Under the pieces are notes generated by a model, which worked only from the letters and a program-made list of their open reading frames with translations, did not search any database and was not told where the DNA came from. Below are positions 32,181-42,032 of a DNA stretch of 64,000 nucleotides, piece by piece. How positions within the stretch are numbered: the stretch's first letter is position 1; each line of letters starts with the position of its first letter. The DNA comes from Chlamydiales bacterium (GTDB taxonomy: Bacteria; Chlamydiota; Chlamydiia; Chlamydiales; JAAZZY01). Both the position numbers and the translations under genes were made by a program. The stretch spans positions 178,938 through 242,937 of the forward strand of contig CBDBKM010000002.1 in assembly GCA_965206695.1 (NCBI GenBank), written 5' to 3'.

Positions 32181-32952
32181 AAATATAGAGATTAACGAAC
32201 TGAATATTATGCCTGATCACGTACATATTTTTTTAAATACCAAGCCTATATATTCGCCACAATTTTTCATAGGACAACTTAAGGGATATACAAGCCGAAT
32301 ATTAAGGCAAGAATTTTCAAGCTTAAGATCCGGGTTACCCACACTGTGGACACGGTCTTATTATGTTGATAGTGTTGGAAAATTAAATGAATATACAATC
32401 AGAAAGTATATACGGAATCAAAAAAACAAATAGACACTTTCATCCACCCTTAAAAAGGTGGGTTTTCTCGTTTAATTGTCATAAAGATTAGCTAAGTTCG
32501 CAGGAGCTCCGTGACCGGGACCCGTAACTAAAAACATATCTAAATTATTTTGTTTAATCAACCGGTTCGCATGAGGATAAATTAAATTAATCCCGGGAGA
32601 TGTTCCCCAATGTCCCAATAATCGATCCTTTATATCATCCGATTTTAAAGGCTTCTTCAATAAGAAATTGTCTTTTAGATAAATTTGAGCCGCTGCTAAG
32701 AAATGAGTTGCTCTTCGATAGACAGCAATTTGATTTAATTCCTTATTCTATTTCTTGCGAATCTTCTTTATTTTAGCAGATAAATATTTATAACTATCTG
32801 ATTTTTAAGGTATAAGAATTTTCCTTTTCTTCACATACACTCTGACCATCACTAGACAAAAATATTCTGTAAAGACCCATCAAACATGGATTGGACGAAA
32901 ACTTCCATGTCGATTATGCTATTTTGAACATAAACAAAATTAGGTAACTTAA

Positions 32953-33543
32953 ATGTCTGTTCCCCTTATGATAACCTCGGAAATAGAAGAGAGCTTGACA
33001 AAAGCCCTCTATAACATGCTGATCTCAATTGGAGAAGACCCGGATAGAAGCGGATTAAAAAATACACCTTCAAAAGTTACGAAAATGTATCCTTCATTTT
33101 TAACCGGTTATAAAGAAGATATTCATGAGGTTGTAGGTTCTTTAATTCCTTTAGAAGAACAAAGTGGCTTAATTACCTTAAATCATACCCCATTTATTTC
33201 TCTTTGTGAACATCACCTTCTTCCGTTTCATGGAAAAGTCCATATTGCTTTTATCCCTGAAAAACACCTTATAGGGTTTAGTAAGGTCCCTCGCATTGTT
33301 AATCATTTTGCTCGTCGTCTTCAAATTCAAGAGCACTTAACGGCTCAAATAGCTGATTGCCTGATGCACATTCTTAACCCAAAAGGAAGTATGGTCATCA
33401 TCGAGGCATTTCATAGCTGTAGTATCATCCATGACAACTTATCAAATATGAGTATCTCAACAACAGCTCTTAGGGGTATATTTAAAGATTCTGTTTCCTT
33501 ACAAAATCAGCTCCACCATACAATTAAAGACACCAACCCTTAA
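32953..33543 (+). CDS. folE: GTP cyclohydrolase I
   Basis: GEDPDR.GL..TP, SLCEHHLLPF.G, G.SK, RRLQIQE. Confidence 0.93.
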   Translation: MSVPLMITSEIEESLTKALYNMLISIGEDPDRSGLKNTPSKVTKMYPSFLTGYKEDIHEVVGSLIPLEEQSGLITLNHTPFISLCEHHLLPFHGKVHIAFIPEKHLIGFSKVPRIVNHFARRLQIQEHLTAQIADCLMHILNPKGSMVIIEAFHSCSIIHDNLSNMSISTTALRGIFKDSVSLQNQLHHTIKDTNP

Positions 33544-33582
33544 TTTCTACTAATTAGATTGTACCAAGCTATAAGGAGAAAA

Positions 33583-34323
33583 ATGGATCTAAAAGATAAA
33601 GTAGTTTTAATTACCGGATCGGCAAAACGATTAGGGTATGCAATCGCGCAAGCTTTCGCCTCTAATGGTTGCCATGTTATTATTCACTATTTTCAGTCCG
33701 TTCAGGAGTCTCATCAAGCTGTAAAACAAATTGAGAAGAATGGGGGGACAGCCACCGCTATAAAAGCTGATTTAAATGATCCTGATGATATTACATTCCT
33801 TTTTAGTTTCATTAAAAAAAACTATTCTTCTTTAGACATATTGATTAACAATGCCTCATCTTTTATACAAAAATCATTTTTTGATATTAGCCTAAATGAC
33901 TTCGAATCGACTTTTAATATTAACTTAAGAGCTCCATTTTTATGTGTCCAGGCTGCTTGCAAATTAATGAATAGGCATGGTGCATCACCTAGCCTTATTC
34001 TAAATATCGCTGACAATAGCGGAATCACTCCATGGAAAGGTTATGCGCTGCATAGTATAAGCAAAGCCGGCCTTATTCATCTTACAAAATCGATAGCTAA
34101 GGAATTTGCTCCCTATATACGTGCCAACACAATTATACCGGGCTATATTTTGCCCTCATCCACTTTTTCTAAAAATCAATTGGATACTTTAGCTAAAAAA
34201 AAGACCCTGCTTCAACGAACAGGGTCTAGTACAGAAATAGCTTCTTTCATTATTGCAGTTGCTAATAATGATTATATTAACGGAGCCTCTCTACATATCG
34301 ACGGTGGCTATTTATCAACGTAA
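33583..34323 (+). CDS. Pteridine reductase/FolM-like SDR
   Basis: TGSAKRLG, LINNAS.F, IDGG; adjacent to folE; GGAG RBS before ATG 33583. Confidence 0.8.
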   Translation: MDLKDKVVLITGSAKRLGYAIAQAFASNGCHVIIHYFQSVQESHQAVKQIEKNGGTATAIKADLNDPDDITFLFSFIKKNYSSLDILINNASSFIQKSFFDISLNDFESTFNINLRAPFLCVQAACKLMNRHGASPSLILNIADNSGITPWKGYALHSISKAGLIHLTKSIAKEFAPYIRANTIIPGYILPSSTFSKNQLDTLAKKKTLLQRTGSSTEIASFIIAVANNDYINGASLHIDGGYLST

Positions 34324-34867
34324 ACGCTACAAACACTTTGAAAAGATCCCCTGCTAAATAGGGCAAAAGACCAACTAAAAACGCCTTAGATACTCCAAGC
34401 CAAGGAATAAGCGATAGAGTTCCACCGACAGTGATACAAAAAGAGCCCAATACTAAACTTGTAAATAGCCTTGCTTTGCTTTGCAGATTTTTTTCAGATA
34501 TATACCCCACAATATAAGCAGCCGGCAACATGCAGAATAAATACCCACCTGCAGGACCTAATAAATATGGAAGACCTATGCCTGCGGCAAATACGGGTAA
34601 GCCCATAGCTCCTTCAACCAGGTATGCCATACATGCTAATGAAGCTCTTCTACGGCCAAGCAAAGCACCGGCTAGTATCACACCAAATGTTTGACCTGTA
34701 ATCGGTACAATAGTCAGACAAGGAAGTATAATTTTAATATGAGCATATAAAGCAAGAAAAATAGTGGCTCCTAAAACAAGCATAATATCTTTTAACGCTT
34801 GTCCTACAACGCTATCATCCGTTTGCATTGGTTTTAAAGTAATAGTAGTCATAATATTCTCTCTCAA
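34277..34867 (-). CDS. bioY: Biotin transporter BioY
   Basis: VPITGQT, G..GLPVFA, GP.GGYL, GD.FK. Confidence 0.92.
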   Translation of the reverse strand: MRENIMTTITLKPMQTDDSVVGQALKDIMLVLGATIFLALYAHIKIILPCLTIVPITGQTFGVILAGALLGRRRASLACMAYLVEGAMGLPVFAAGIGLPYLLGPAGGYLFCMLPAAYIVGYISEKNLQSKARLFTSLVLGSFCITVGGTLSLIPWLGVSKAFLVGLLPYLAGDLFKVFVAFTLINSHRRYVERLR

Positions 34868-34925
34868 TAAATATAGAATTTAGTTAGAAATTTTCTTTCG
34901 AATTCGTTACTGACAAACAACACGT

Positions 34926-35354
34926 CTATACTGTTTTAATATGACAGGTGATTTTCTTACAAAGAGCTTTAAGACCATCAAAAGTAACATATTCATGGAC
35001 TTTATCAATACATACCCACTTTAAATCTGCAATCTCATCAGGAAGCTGAATTTTAGGCTCTCCGGAGACCTTGGCAAGAAAATAAGTCACCGATTTATTT
35101 ACTTTTGTCTTGCCAATATAAAAGGAATATTTTTCATTGAAACTTGATATATCAAAATAGTCTGCTATATCCAAGTTGCATTCTTCTTTCAACTCTCTTT
35201 CAGCTGTGGTTTTTAAGGATTCTCCCGGTTCCGTATGTCCTTTTGGAAAACCCCAATGCCCCCCAAGTTTATGCCTAATAAGCAATACCCGCCAAGAATC
35301 AGCTTCTTTTTTTAAGGGAATAATACCTGCGCACTCTACTTTCTTCCGCATCAC
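34926..35354 (-). CDS. NUDIX hydrolase (Ap4A hydrolase-like)
   Basis: GHWGFPKGHTEPGES...TAERELKEE. Confidence 0.9.
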   Translation of the reverse strand: MMRKKVECAGIIPLKKEADSWRVLLIRHKLGGHWGFPKGHTEPGESLKTTAERELKEECNLDIADYFDISSFNEKYSFYIGKTKVNKSVTYFLAKVSGEPKIQLPDEIADLKWVCIDKVHEYVTFDGLKALCKKITCHIKTV

Positions 35355-36608
35355 TTAACCTTTAAATGGAGCAAATACCAAGCAAGAATTATGGCCACCA
35401 AAACCAAAGGATGTTGATATGCCTACATCAATCTTATGCTCTTGGGCTATATTTGCTACAATATCTATATCCAATTCTAACTCCGGATATTCGTGGTTGA
35501 TTGTTGGATGTAAAACACCCGTTTCTATTGCTTTAACTATAGCAATAGCTTCCATTCCTCCTGCAGCACCAAGACAGTGACCAATCATTGATTTAGTTCC
35601 ATTCATTTTTAAATGAGATAATTCATTCCCAAAAACATTCTTGATAGCCTTAACTTCCATCATATCTCCGGCCGGAGTAGATGTTGCATGAGCATTAATA
35701 TAATTCACTCTTTCTTTATTTACCTGAGCATCTTCCAAAGCATTTTCAATACTCAACGCTATCCCTGCTCCATCTTCTCGAGGGTCGGTCATATGATAAG
35801 CATCACATGATATACCGCCACCAAGATATTCCGCGTAGATTTTTGCTCCTCGTTTCTGAGCGTGCTCTAAACTTTCCAAAACTAATACGGCAGATCCGAC
35901 TCCCATTACAAAGCCGTCTCGCTGAGTATCCCAAGGTCTAGAAGCTTTTTGAGGTTCATCATTGCGCTGTGATAATGCTTTACAAGCTATGAAACCGGCT
36001 ACTCCAAGAGGGCATAAAGCATCTTCAGCCCCTCCTGTTATCATAACGTCTGCATGTCCTAACCGTATATGATTAGCAGCATCCATAATAGAATAATTAC
36101 CTGTAGCACAGGCTGTAGAAATCGAATAATTAGGCCCCATAAAACCTACATCCATAGCTAATAGAGCGCCTCCCATATTCGTAATGATATAGGGTACAAA
36201 GAAAGGGGTAATACGTTTATAGCCTTTATGTTCCATAGTTATAGCATTTTCATAAAAGACTTTCATACCGCCCATTCCGGAGCCTATGAGAATACCACAT
36301 TTTTTTCTGTTGATCTTCTCTAAAGAATCTCCTGTCAAACCACTATCTTCTAAAGCTTTCTTACCTGCTACAATGCTATAAATGGCATAAGGATCTAATC
36401 GTCGTATTTGTTTTTTTTCAACATATGGCTCCGGATCAAAATCTTGTACTTGAGCAGCAATCCGTGTCGGCATATCGTCACAAGGAAATGCTGTTATATT
36501 TGAAACTCCACTCTTTCCCGCAACTAAACTTTGGTAATAGGTATTAACATTGCTGCCAAAGCACGACACCACTCCCATACCTGTTACCACGATGCGTTTT
36601 TTATCCAT
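35355..36608 (-). CDS. fabF: 3-oxoacyl-ACP synthase II
   Basis: STACAT, NAHATST, KSMIGH, SFGFGGHN. Confidence 0.97.
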   Translation of the reverse strand: MDKKRIVVTGMGVVSCFGSNVNTYYQSLVAGKSGVSNITAFPCDDMPTRIAAQVQDFDPEPYVEKKQIRRLDPYAIYSIVAGKKALEDSGLTGDSLEKINRKKCGILIGSGMGGMKVFYENAITMEHKGYKRITPFFVPYIITNMGGALLAMDVGFMGPNYSISTACATGNYSIMDAANHIRLGHADVMITGGAEDALCPLGVAGFIACKALSQRNDEPQKASRPWDTQRDGFVMGVGSAVLVLESLEHAQKRGAKIYAEYLGGGISCDAYHMTDPREDGAGIALSIENALEDAQVNKERVNYINAHATSTPAGDMMEVKAIKNVFGNELSHLKMNGTKSMIGHCLGAAGGMEAIAIVKAIETGVLHPTINHEYPELELDIDIVANIAQEHKIDVGISTSFGFGGHNSCLVFAPFKG

Positions 36609-36664
36609 ACAATACTCCCATACTTATACAAGTAAAAGCTTAGCTCACTATCTTTTGATTTAAA

Positions 36665-36860
36665 AGATTTAATTATTGCTTTGCTTTAGCCCCATTATCA
36701 CCTTGCAATTCAATGATTCCGTTTTTATAAGTACCCCCCTCAACCGCATTTTTGTTTCAGATTTTTTGATAACTGCTTTAACTCATTATCATCGAAATCA
36801 AGATGCTAAATCAATGTAACCACTCCGTTTCTGCGCTTTTCTAAACGCATAACATTCTTT
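36665..36860 (-). pseudogene. YciH/SUI1 translation-initiation factor pseudogene
   Basis: MRLEKRRNGVVTLI*HLDFDDNELKQLSKNLKQKCG*GGTYKNGIIELQGD; stops at 36806 and 36740. Confidence 0.8.
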
Positions 36861-36935
36861 TGTATTAGTTTCTCGGGTGATTCTCTTACAGCATCCAACC
36901 GCCGCATTATTGTAAAAGGCATCTGTTAAATAGCC

Positions 36936-37298
36936 TTATTTTTCACATAATGCTTCAAGATCGATGATTTTTCCGTTGTTCCATAAGCGTTCTAATTGAT
37001 ATTTTTCACGTACATTCGGTACAAATATATGCACCATAATATCTAAGTAATCTAAAATAATCCAACCACATGCTGACATGCCTTCAACATGAACAGGTTC
37101 TAATCCATGCTTTTTTAACATTTCTATAACCGCACCGGCGATAGCCTGCAGGTGCTTGGCTACATTTCCTTCGGCTATAATGCAATAATCCGTCATTGTG
37201 GATATATCGCTGATATCAACAGCTAAAACCCTACTACCTTTTTTTTCAGTAATGGTATTAGCTATTATTTGAACCAATTCATCCGTATTCATTCTCAT
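36936..37298 (-). CDS. rsfS: Ribosome silencing factor
   Basis: KKG.....D, W..LDY.D..VHIF....RE.Y.LE.LW. Confidence 0.95.
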   Translation of the reverse strand: MRMNTDELVQIIANTITEKKGSRVLAVDISDISTMTDYCIIAEGNVAKHLQAIAGAVIEMLKKHGLEPVHVEGMSACGWIILDYLDIMVHIFVPNVREKYQLERLWNNGKIIDLEALCEK

Positions 37299-37344
37299 AA
37301 AAAATTGTTACTTTGGATTAATGGCTTAATAAATTTTTTAAATA

Positions 37345-37983
37345 TCAATTCTTACTGTCATCAGAAACGTGAAAGTATAACTTATGTGTATAAATGTAGT
37401 CTAGGACTTTTGCGGGCATAAGATGCCCGCAAAAAAGCCGATTAGACAAGCGCATTCTTAAATCAGAACTACTGATATCCATCAGATTCGTCTTAACTAA
37501 TCCATTTGTTATTAGTTGATTAAGTTTTTGATTATTAGAAAAAATTGATTTTTTATTTTCTAGGCGAGAACCAATCAAAACAGGGATTAGATCTAATAAA
37601 GCCTCAGCTTCTTTCCATCTATCTAAATCCATTGCAACATCTTCAGCCAAAAGAAGATGAAAAGTAAAATTTTTATTCTCTCTCCTTTCTATTAATTTCC
37701 GGAATATCTTAATAGTATAGGATGGCCTTTCTGTTTTTATCTCCTCATCTAATATTTTAAATTCCTTTATACCATCTAAAGCAAGGTGTAGCATTTCTAA
37801 CCTTCGCTTAACTGTACCTATTGGATAGAATTGCAATTTATGCGGAGATACAAAAACAGGACTAAACCACACCTCATCAAGATGACACTTTTCCATTAAT
37901 TCAAATACAAGATTGATATGCCCATTATGAATAGGGTCAAAAGATCCACCGAAAAATCCTATATTTTTTTTTGCATCTAACAC
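37345..37983 (-). CDS. nadD: Nicotinate-nucleotide adenylyltransferase
   Basis: GGSFDPIHNGH, SPHK, PSYT, ISSS..R. Confidence 0.93.
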   Translation of the reverse strand: MLDAKKNIGFFGGSFDPIHNGHINLVFELMEKCHLDEVWFSPVFVSPHKLQFYPIGTVKRRLEMLHLALDGIKEFKILDEEIKTERPSYTIKIFRKLIERRENKNFTFHLLLAEDVAMDLDRWKEAEALLDLIPVLIGSRLENKKSIFSNNQKLNQLITNGLVKTNLMDISSSDLRMRLSNRLFCGHLMPAKVLDYIYTHKLYFHVSDDSKN

Positions 37984-38185
37984 AAATAATTATCCTGTAA
38001 AAAGTAATTCATGCCATTTTGAAAATAGCCATAAATGATCCTCTACTAATATTTCTAACTGACCTATCACTTCTCTAAATTACGAACATCCTTCTTGCCG
38101 CTATTTGGTTGAGATAATGATATTTTTTGAATGTGTATTTTTAACCTCTTCTCATTTCGAAGACAGTTCAATCGCCTGATTTTAT

Positions 38186-39588
38186 GACAATGAAGCGAGA
38201 AAACCCTTTATCTTTAGCATTAGGATGAAAGCGTCTATTTGTTTTTTGATTTTGGGTATACTCCTAATTGTATATTCACTTAGTTTTTGCACACTATCAA
38301 TATAATACGATCTTGTCCATAATGTAGGCAATCAAGATTTTAAACTTGAGAATTTTTGCCTTAACAAGTGGCTACTTGTATCCTTTAAGTGGCACAATCG
38401 CAAACTGTTAAGATTAAATGAGTTGATTTTTGATAAACATATCTACATGGTCAGGCATAATATTAAGTTCTTTAACTTTCTTAGTCGTTTTTCACATATC
38501 TTCCTCAAGAACTTTTCTTCTATACTTATAGTCATTTAATTTTACATTGATAAGATTGCTTGATCAATGGCGAATGTAAAATTCGTAACTTTTCGTAATA
38601 TCTCTCTAACTTTATTTTTCATATTAGCCCAATATTTTTCTATAGGATTTAAGTCCGGAGAATAGGGAGGAAGAAACATAAGCTTACAACCGGCAGATTC
38701 TACTGTTTTCCTGCTTTCCGCTGACTTGTGAAAACCGGCATTGTCAAGAATAAGAACACTACCGGGTGTAAGCTGAGGAGTCAAAACTTCCTTAAGCCAA
38801 ATATTGAATAACCCGGTATTACAAGTACCTTCAAAACACATTGGAGATAAAAACTGCCCTTTAGATAGGGCTGAAATAATATTTTGCCTTATAAAGCGGT
38901 TTCCTGAAACCGCTCCAAAAACTTTTTTGCCGCGTAAGCTTCTTCCGGACTCACGAAATAAAAATTGATGAATCCCGGTTTCATCGAGATAAATTCTCTT
39001 GTCAAAGGGAATATTTTTTAAATCTTTCATAAAAGCTTCCCGTTTCTTTTCATCTCTTTCCTTATAGCGAGTAGTTTTTTTTTTCGTGTAATTTTTAATC
39101 TTTTAAGGGCATAAAAAATCGTTTGCGGAGTGACTGAAAAATAATCAGCAATTTCCGATAAAAAATAATCCGGATGTTTTTCTACATATTTAGATAACAA
39201 CTCATCATCTAATTTCTTATAAGCATATTTTCTGCGGATTGGCTTTAAATGTCCTTTTTGCTTTTTTTGCAAGATCCATCGATATATTGTTGCGATACCT
39301 ACTTGAAAAATATGGCCGGCTGTTTTTTTATCATGATGTTTTTCTATATGTTGTAATACTTTCTCTCGAAGATCTACTGAATAGGCTCTAGGCATTGTTT
39401 TGTCCTTACTGTTTGTATAAAAAAAGAAGGATAACATATTATCAAATAAAAATTAAAATACTATAGTACACCAACATAACATGATAACGAAGATTAAAAA
39501 TAGCTATCTTTGACGTTGTCTATCTTTGTTCATAGGTTAAATAATGGTAGCCTTTAGGCATAAAAAATCCTTCATAATTTTGTTTCTT
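38186..39588 (-). pseudogene. Degenerate IS605 left end and tnpA pseudogene, fused to IS30 5' fragment, split by IS630
   Basis: TTAT|GACAAT left end at 38186; WCT|KY rejoined across IS630; MPKGYHYLTYEQR at ~39523-39561. Confidence 0.75.
38529..39463 (-). mobile_element. IS630-family element type 1, copy 1 (ORFs 39027-39437, 38542-39030; A9 slippery site)
   Basis: TA TSD, terminal IRs, DETG, LDNA.FH, LPPYSPDLNPIE..W. Confidence 0.93.
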
Positions 39589-40930
39589 TTGACAGCTCCC
39601 AACCCTACAGGGGAAGGGATTCCTCATTCACAGACTACGGCTACCAAAAGAGTTAGTCTAACATGATCTCCAAAGGCTTACATTACCGACTGCCTTTCGG
39701 TATATACTGCTCGTAGCTGAATCAGAGAATTCATCTTGAAAGACAATGAATAGAATTAATAATAATTTTTTGAAAATTATCGTTAATTCTTTGACTTAAT
39801 TGCTTTTTCATTTTTGGAATTTCTTCAAAACAGAACGTTCGGATAGCGTCACTGAAATCAATACATGTCTCGTAGCACTTATTGTAAGTTTTTTTCTCTC
39901 TCATCACCTTCCGGAACCGCTCTATTGGATTCAAATTGGGCGAGTACGGAGGCAAGTAATGGATTGTCATCTTTGATGTAATAAGAAATTCATTAATCTT
40001 TTTGTTTTTATTGGATCGGCCATTATCACAAATAATCTGAATGGATTCTGCACCGGATGACTTTTCCAAATCTTTTAGAACATTTATTACATTATCGGCA
40101 TTTATCGTATCATATTCTTGTGCAAAGACTTCCGTCTTAGCAGGCGATAAAGCCCTTATAAAATGCATTCTAAATTGTTTGTTCGTAGTCGGGAGCGTTT
40201 GTATCTCTCCCTTCTTTATCCGGCCGGATACGGCTTGAGACCGGAATTCAGGATGCACAGCATCCAAAAAATACATTTTCCCGCCTTCTCCTAATGCAGC
40301 TTTCAAGCTCATGTATGACTCTATAAAATCTTGTTATCTTTGTGGATCTAACTTTCCCGGAACTTTCAATGGCTCTTTGTAGGTAAACGTATGATCTTTG
40401 AGCCAAGAGGTTATTCCGGATACTGAATAGATGATGTTATATCGTTCTTTGATGTATTTACAGATTTGTTTTGCATGAAAATAGGTGAATATTTGAAGTT
40501 GTTTCAACAACTCTTGTGTCCGTATTTTATTTAGCTTACCGGCGCTTCCGCCTTTAGGGGCGTGATGCGTTTTTGTCAACTCTTCGTATTCCGTCAAATA
40601 TCGATATACGCTTGCTATAGCTATTCGATGAGCTTGAGCGATTGATTCGGGAGGCATTCCTTCGCTTCTTGCTAAAATCACACATAAACGTAATCGTTCA
40701 TGTATATTACAAGTTTTTCTTGCGCGATTCTCAAGGTTAAATTTTTCTTTTGGTGAAAGGTGTATTTATGATGTAGATCAAAATTTAAAGAAGTAAGGTT
40801 ACTCAATCACTAATTAATTTTTCAATAAAATTTCTCTGATTCAGCTACGAGCAGTATATACAAAATCAAAAAAAACAAATAGACACTCTCATCCCAATGC
40901 TAAAGCAAAGAGTTTTCTCGCTTGATTATC
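39589..40930 (-). mobile_element. Non-autonomous mini-IS605 (~190 bp without nested IS630): omega RNA/right end plus left end
   Basis: 39589-39704 matches tnpB right end; 40857-40930 matches tnpA tail and left end, flanked by TTAT. Confidence 0.8.
39705..40856 (-). mobile_element. IS630-family element type 2, pseudogenised (in-frame TAA at 40334)
   Basis: Perfect IR TACTGCTCGTAGCTGAATCAGAGAA; TA flanks; DAVHP, CDN, LPPYSPNLNPIER. Confidence 0.9.
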
Positions 40931-40941
40931 ATAAGTTTTAA

Positions 40942-41868
40942 ATAGAGTAAATTAAATTTTATTTTTTATAAACATCCATTAGTTAGAAAAGAAAAATCAA
41001 TTGCTTGGGCTAAATTTGTAAATCGTTCCATATTTTTTTGAACCTGTTTTTTAAAATTAGCCCAAAAAATTTCTATTGGGTTTAAATCCGGTGAATAGGG
41101 AGGAAGAAATAGAATGTGACAACCTGCTTGTTCTATAAGTTGTTGCGAATATTTAGATTTATGAAAAGTTGCATTATTCATAATAACAACTTGACCGGGT
41201 TTAAGTTCCGGAATAAGAAAATCTTTTAACCATAGATTAAATAACTTAGTATCACATGTTCCCGTATAGCAAAAAGGAGCTAAGATTCGGAATTGATTCT
41301 TTGCTGCGATAAAACTTTCACGTGCATATCGCATTCCCGAAACCGCTCCATATACTTGATTCCCTGCCTGACATCGAACATGTTCCCTTCTTAAATATTT
41401 ATTAATCCCGCTCTCATCTACATAAAAACGATTTTTCATGGGAATATTTTTTAGTGTTTCTTGAAACTCTTGTCGTTTTTTTTCATCTCTTTCTTTGTAG
41501 AACGGGATCTTTTTTTTAAGGTTAGTTTCAAGCGTTTACAGGCATAAAAAACAGCCGGTATCGTAACACCCGATTCTTGAGCAATTTCTTTAAGATAGGC
41601 ATCCGGATATTTTTGAAGATATTGCTTAAGTTTATTACTATCAATTTTACTTGGGCTAGGACGCCTTTTGTTAGGTGCTAAGATCTGCTGTCTTTCTCGA
41701 GAAATCCAATTCGATAAAGTGCGGGTTGTAACTGAAAAAATGACACTTGCCTCTTTTCGTGTTCCCACATTTTTAATATATTTTAAAGCTTGTTTTCTTA
41801 AATCAAGTGAATATGTCATCCGGATATTTTACATGAATAAAATGAAAAATAAAATTTAATTCACTATA
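40942..41868 (-). mobile_element. IS630-family element type 3 (ORFs 41451-41819, 40966-41439)
   Basis: Imperfect IRs TA(G/T)AGT(A/G)AATTAAATTTTATTTT; DESG, LPPYSPDLNPIE; second catalytic Asp appears as Asn (MNNA). Confidence 0.88.
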
Positions 41869-42032
41869 TTAAGGTAATTTAGTATGTTTTTAACCACAAA
41901 TTTTCTGAGATAATGCCTTCAGAGTCACAGATACTGATCCGGGTCCCTGTAATTTTAGATTCGTGGCATTAATTTGTCCACTATCAAAAGGTGGCTCTAA
42001 AAATAACAGGTATAAGACTTGGAGTATGAGAA

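Larger units (their letters stand above)
29725..32480 (-). mobile_element. IS200/IS605-family element copy 2, tnpA disrupted by IS30
   Basis: Same ends as copy 1, TTAT target. Confidence 0.93.
29600..32740 (-). pseudogene. xfp: Phosphoketolase N-terminal remnant split by IS605 copy 2
   Basis: RLLGHWGT.PG.N.IY.H, GPGHGAP..LANLY|LEGS...FS(R)PGGFPSH reads through when the IS is removed; rest of gene absent. Confidence 0.85.
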
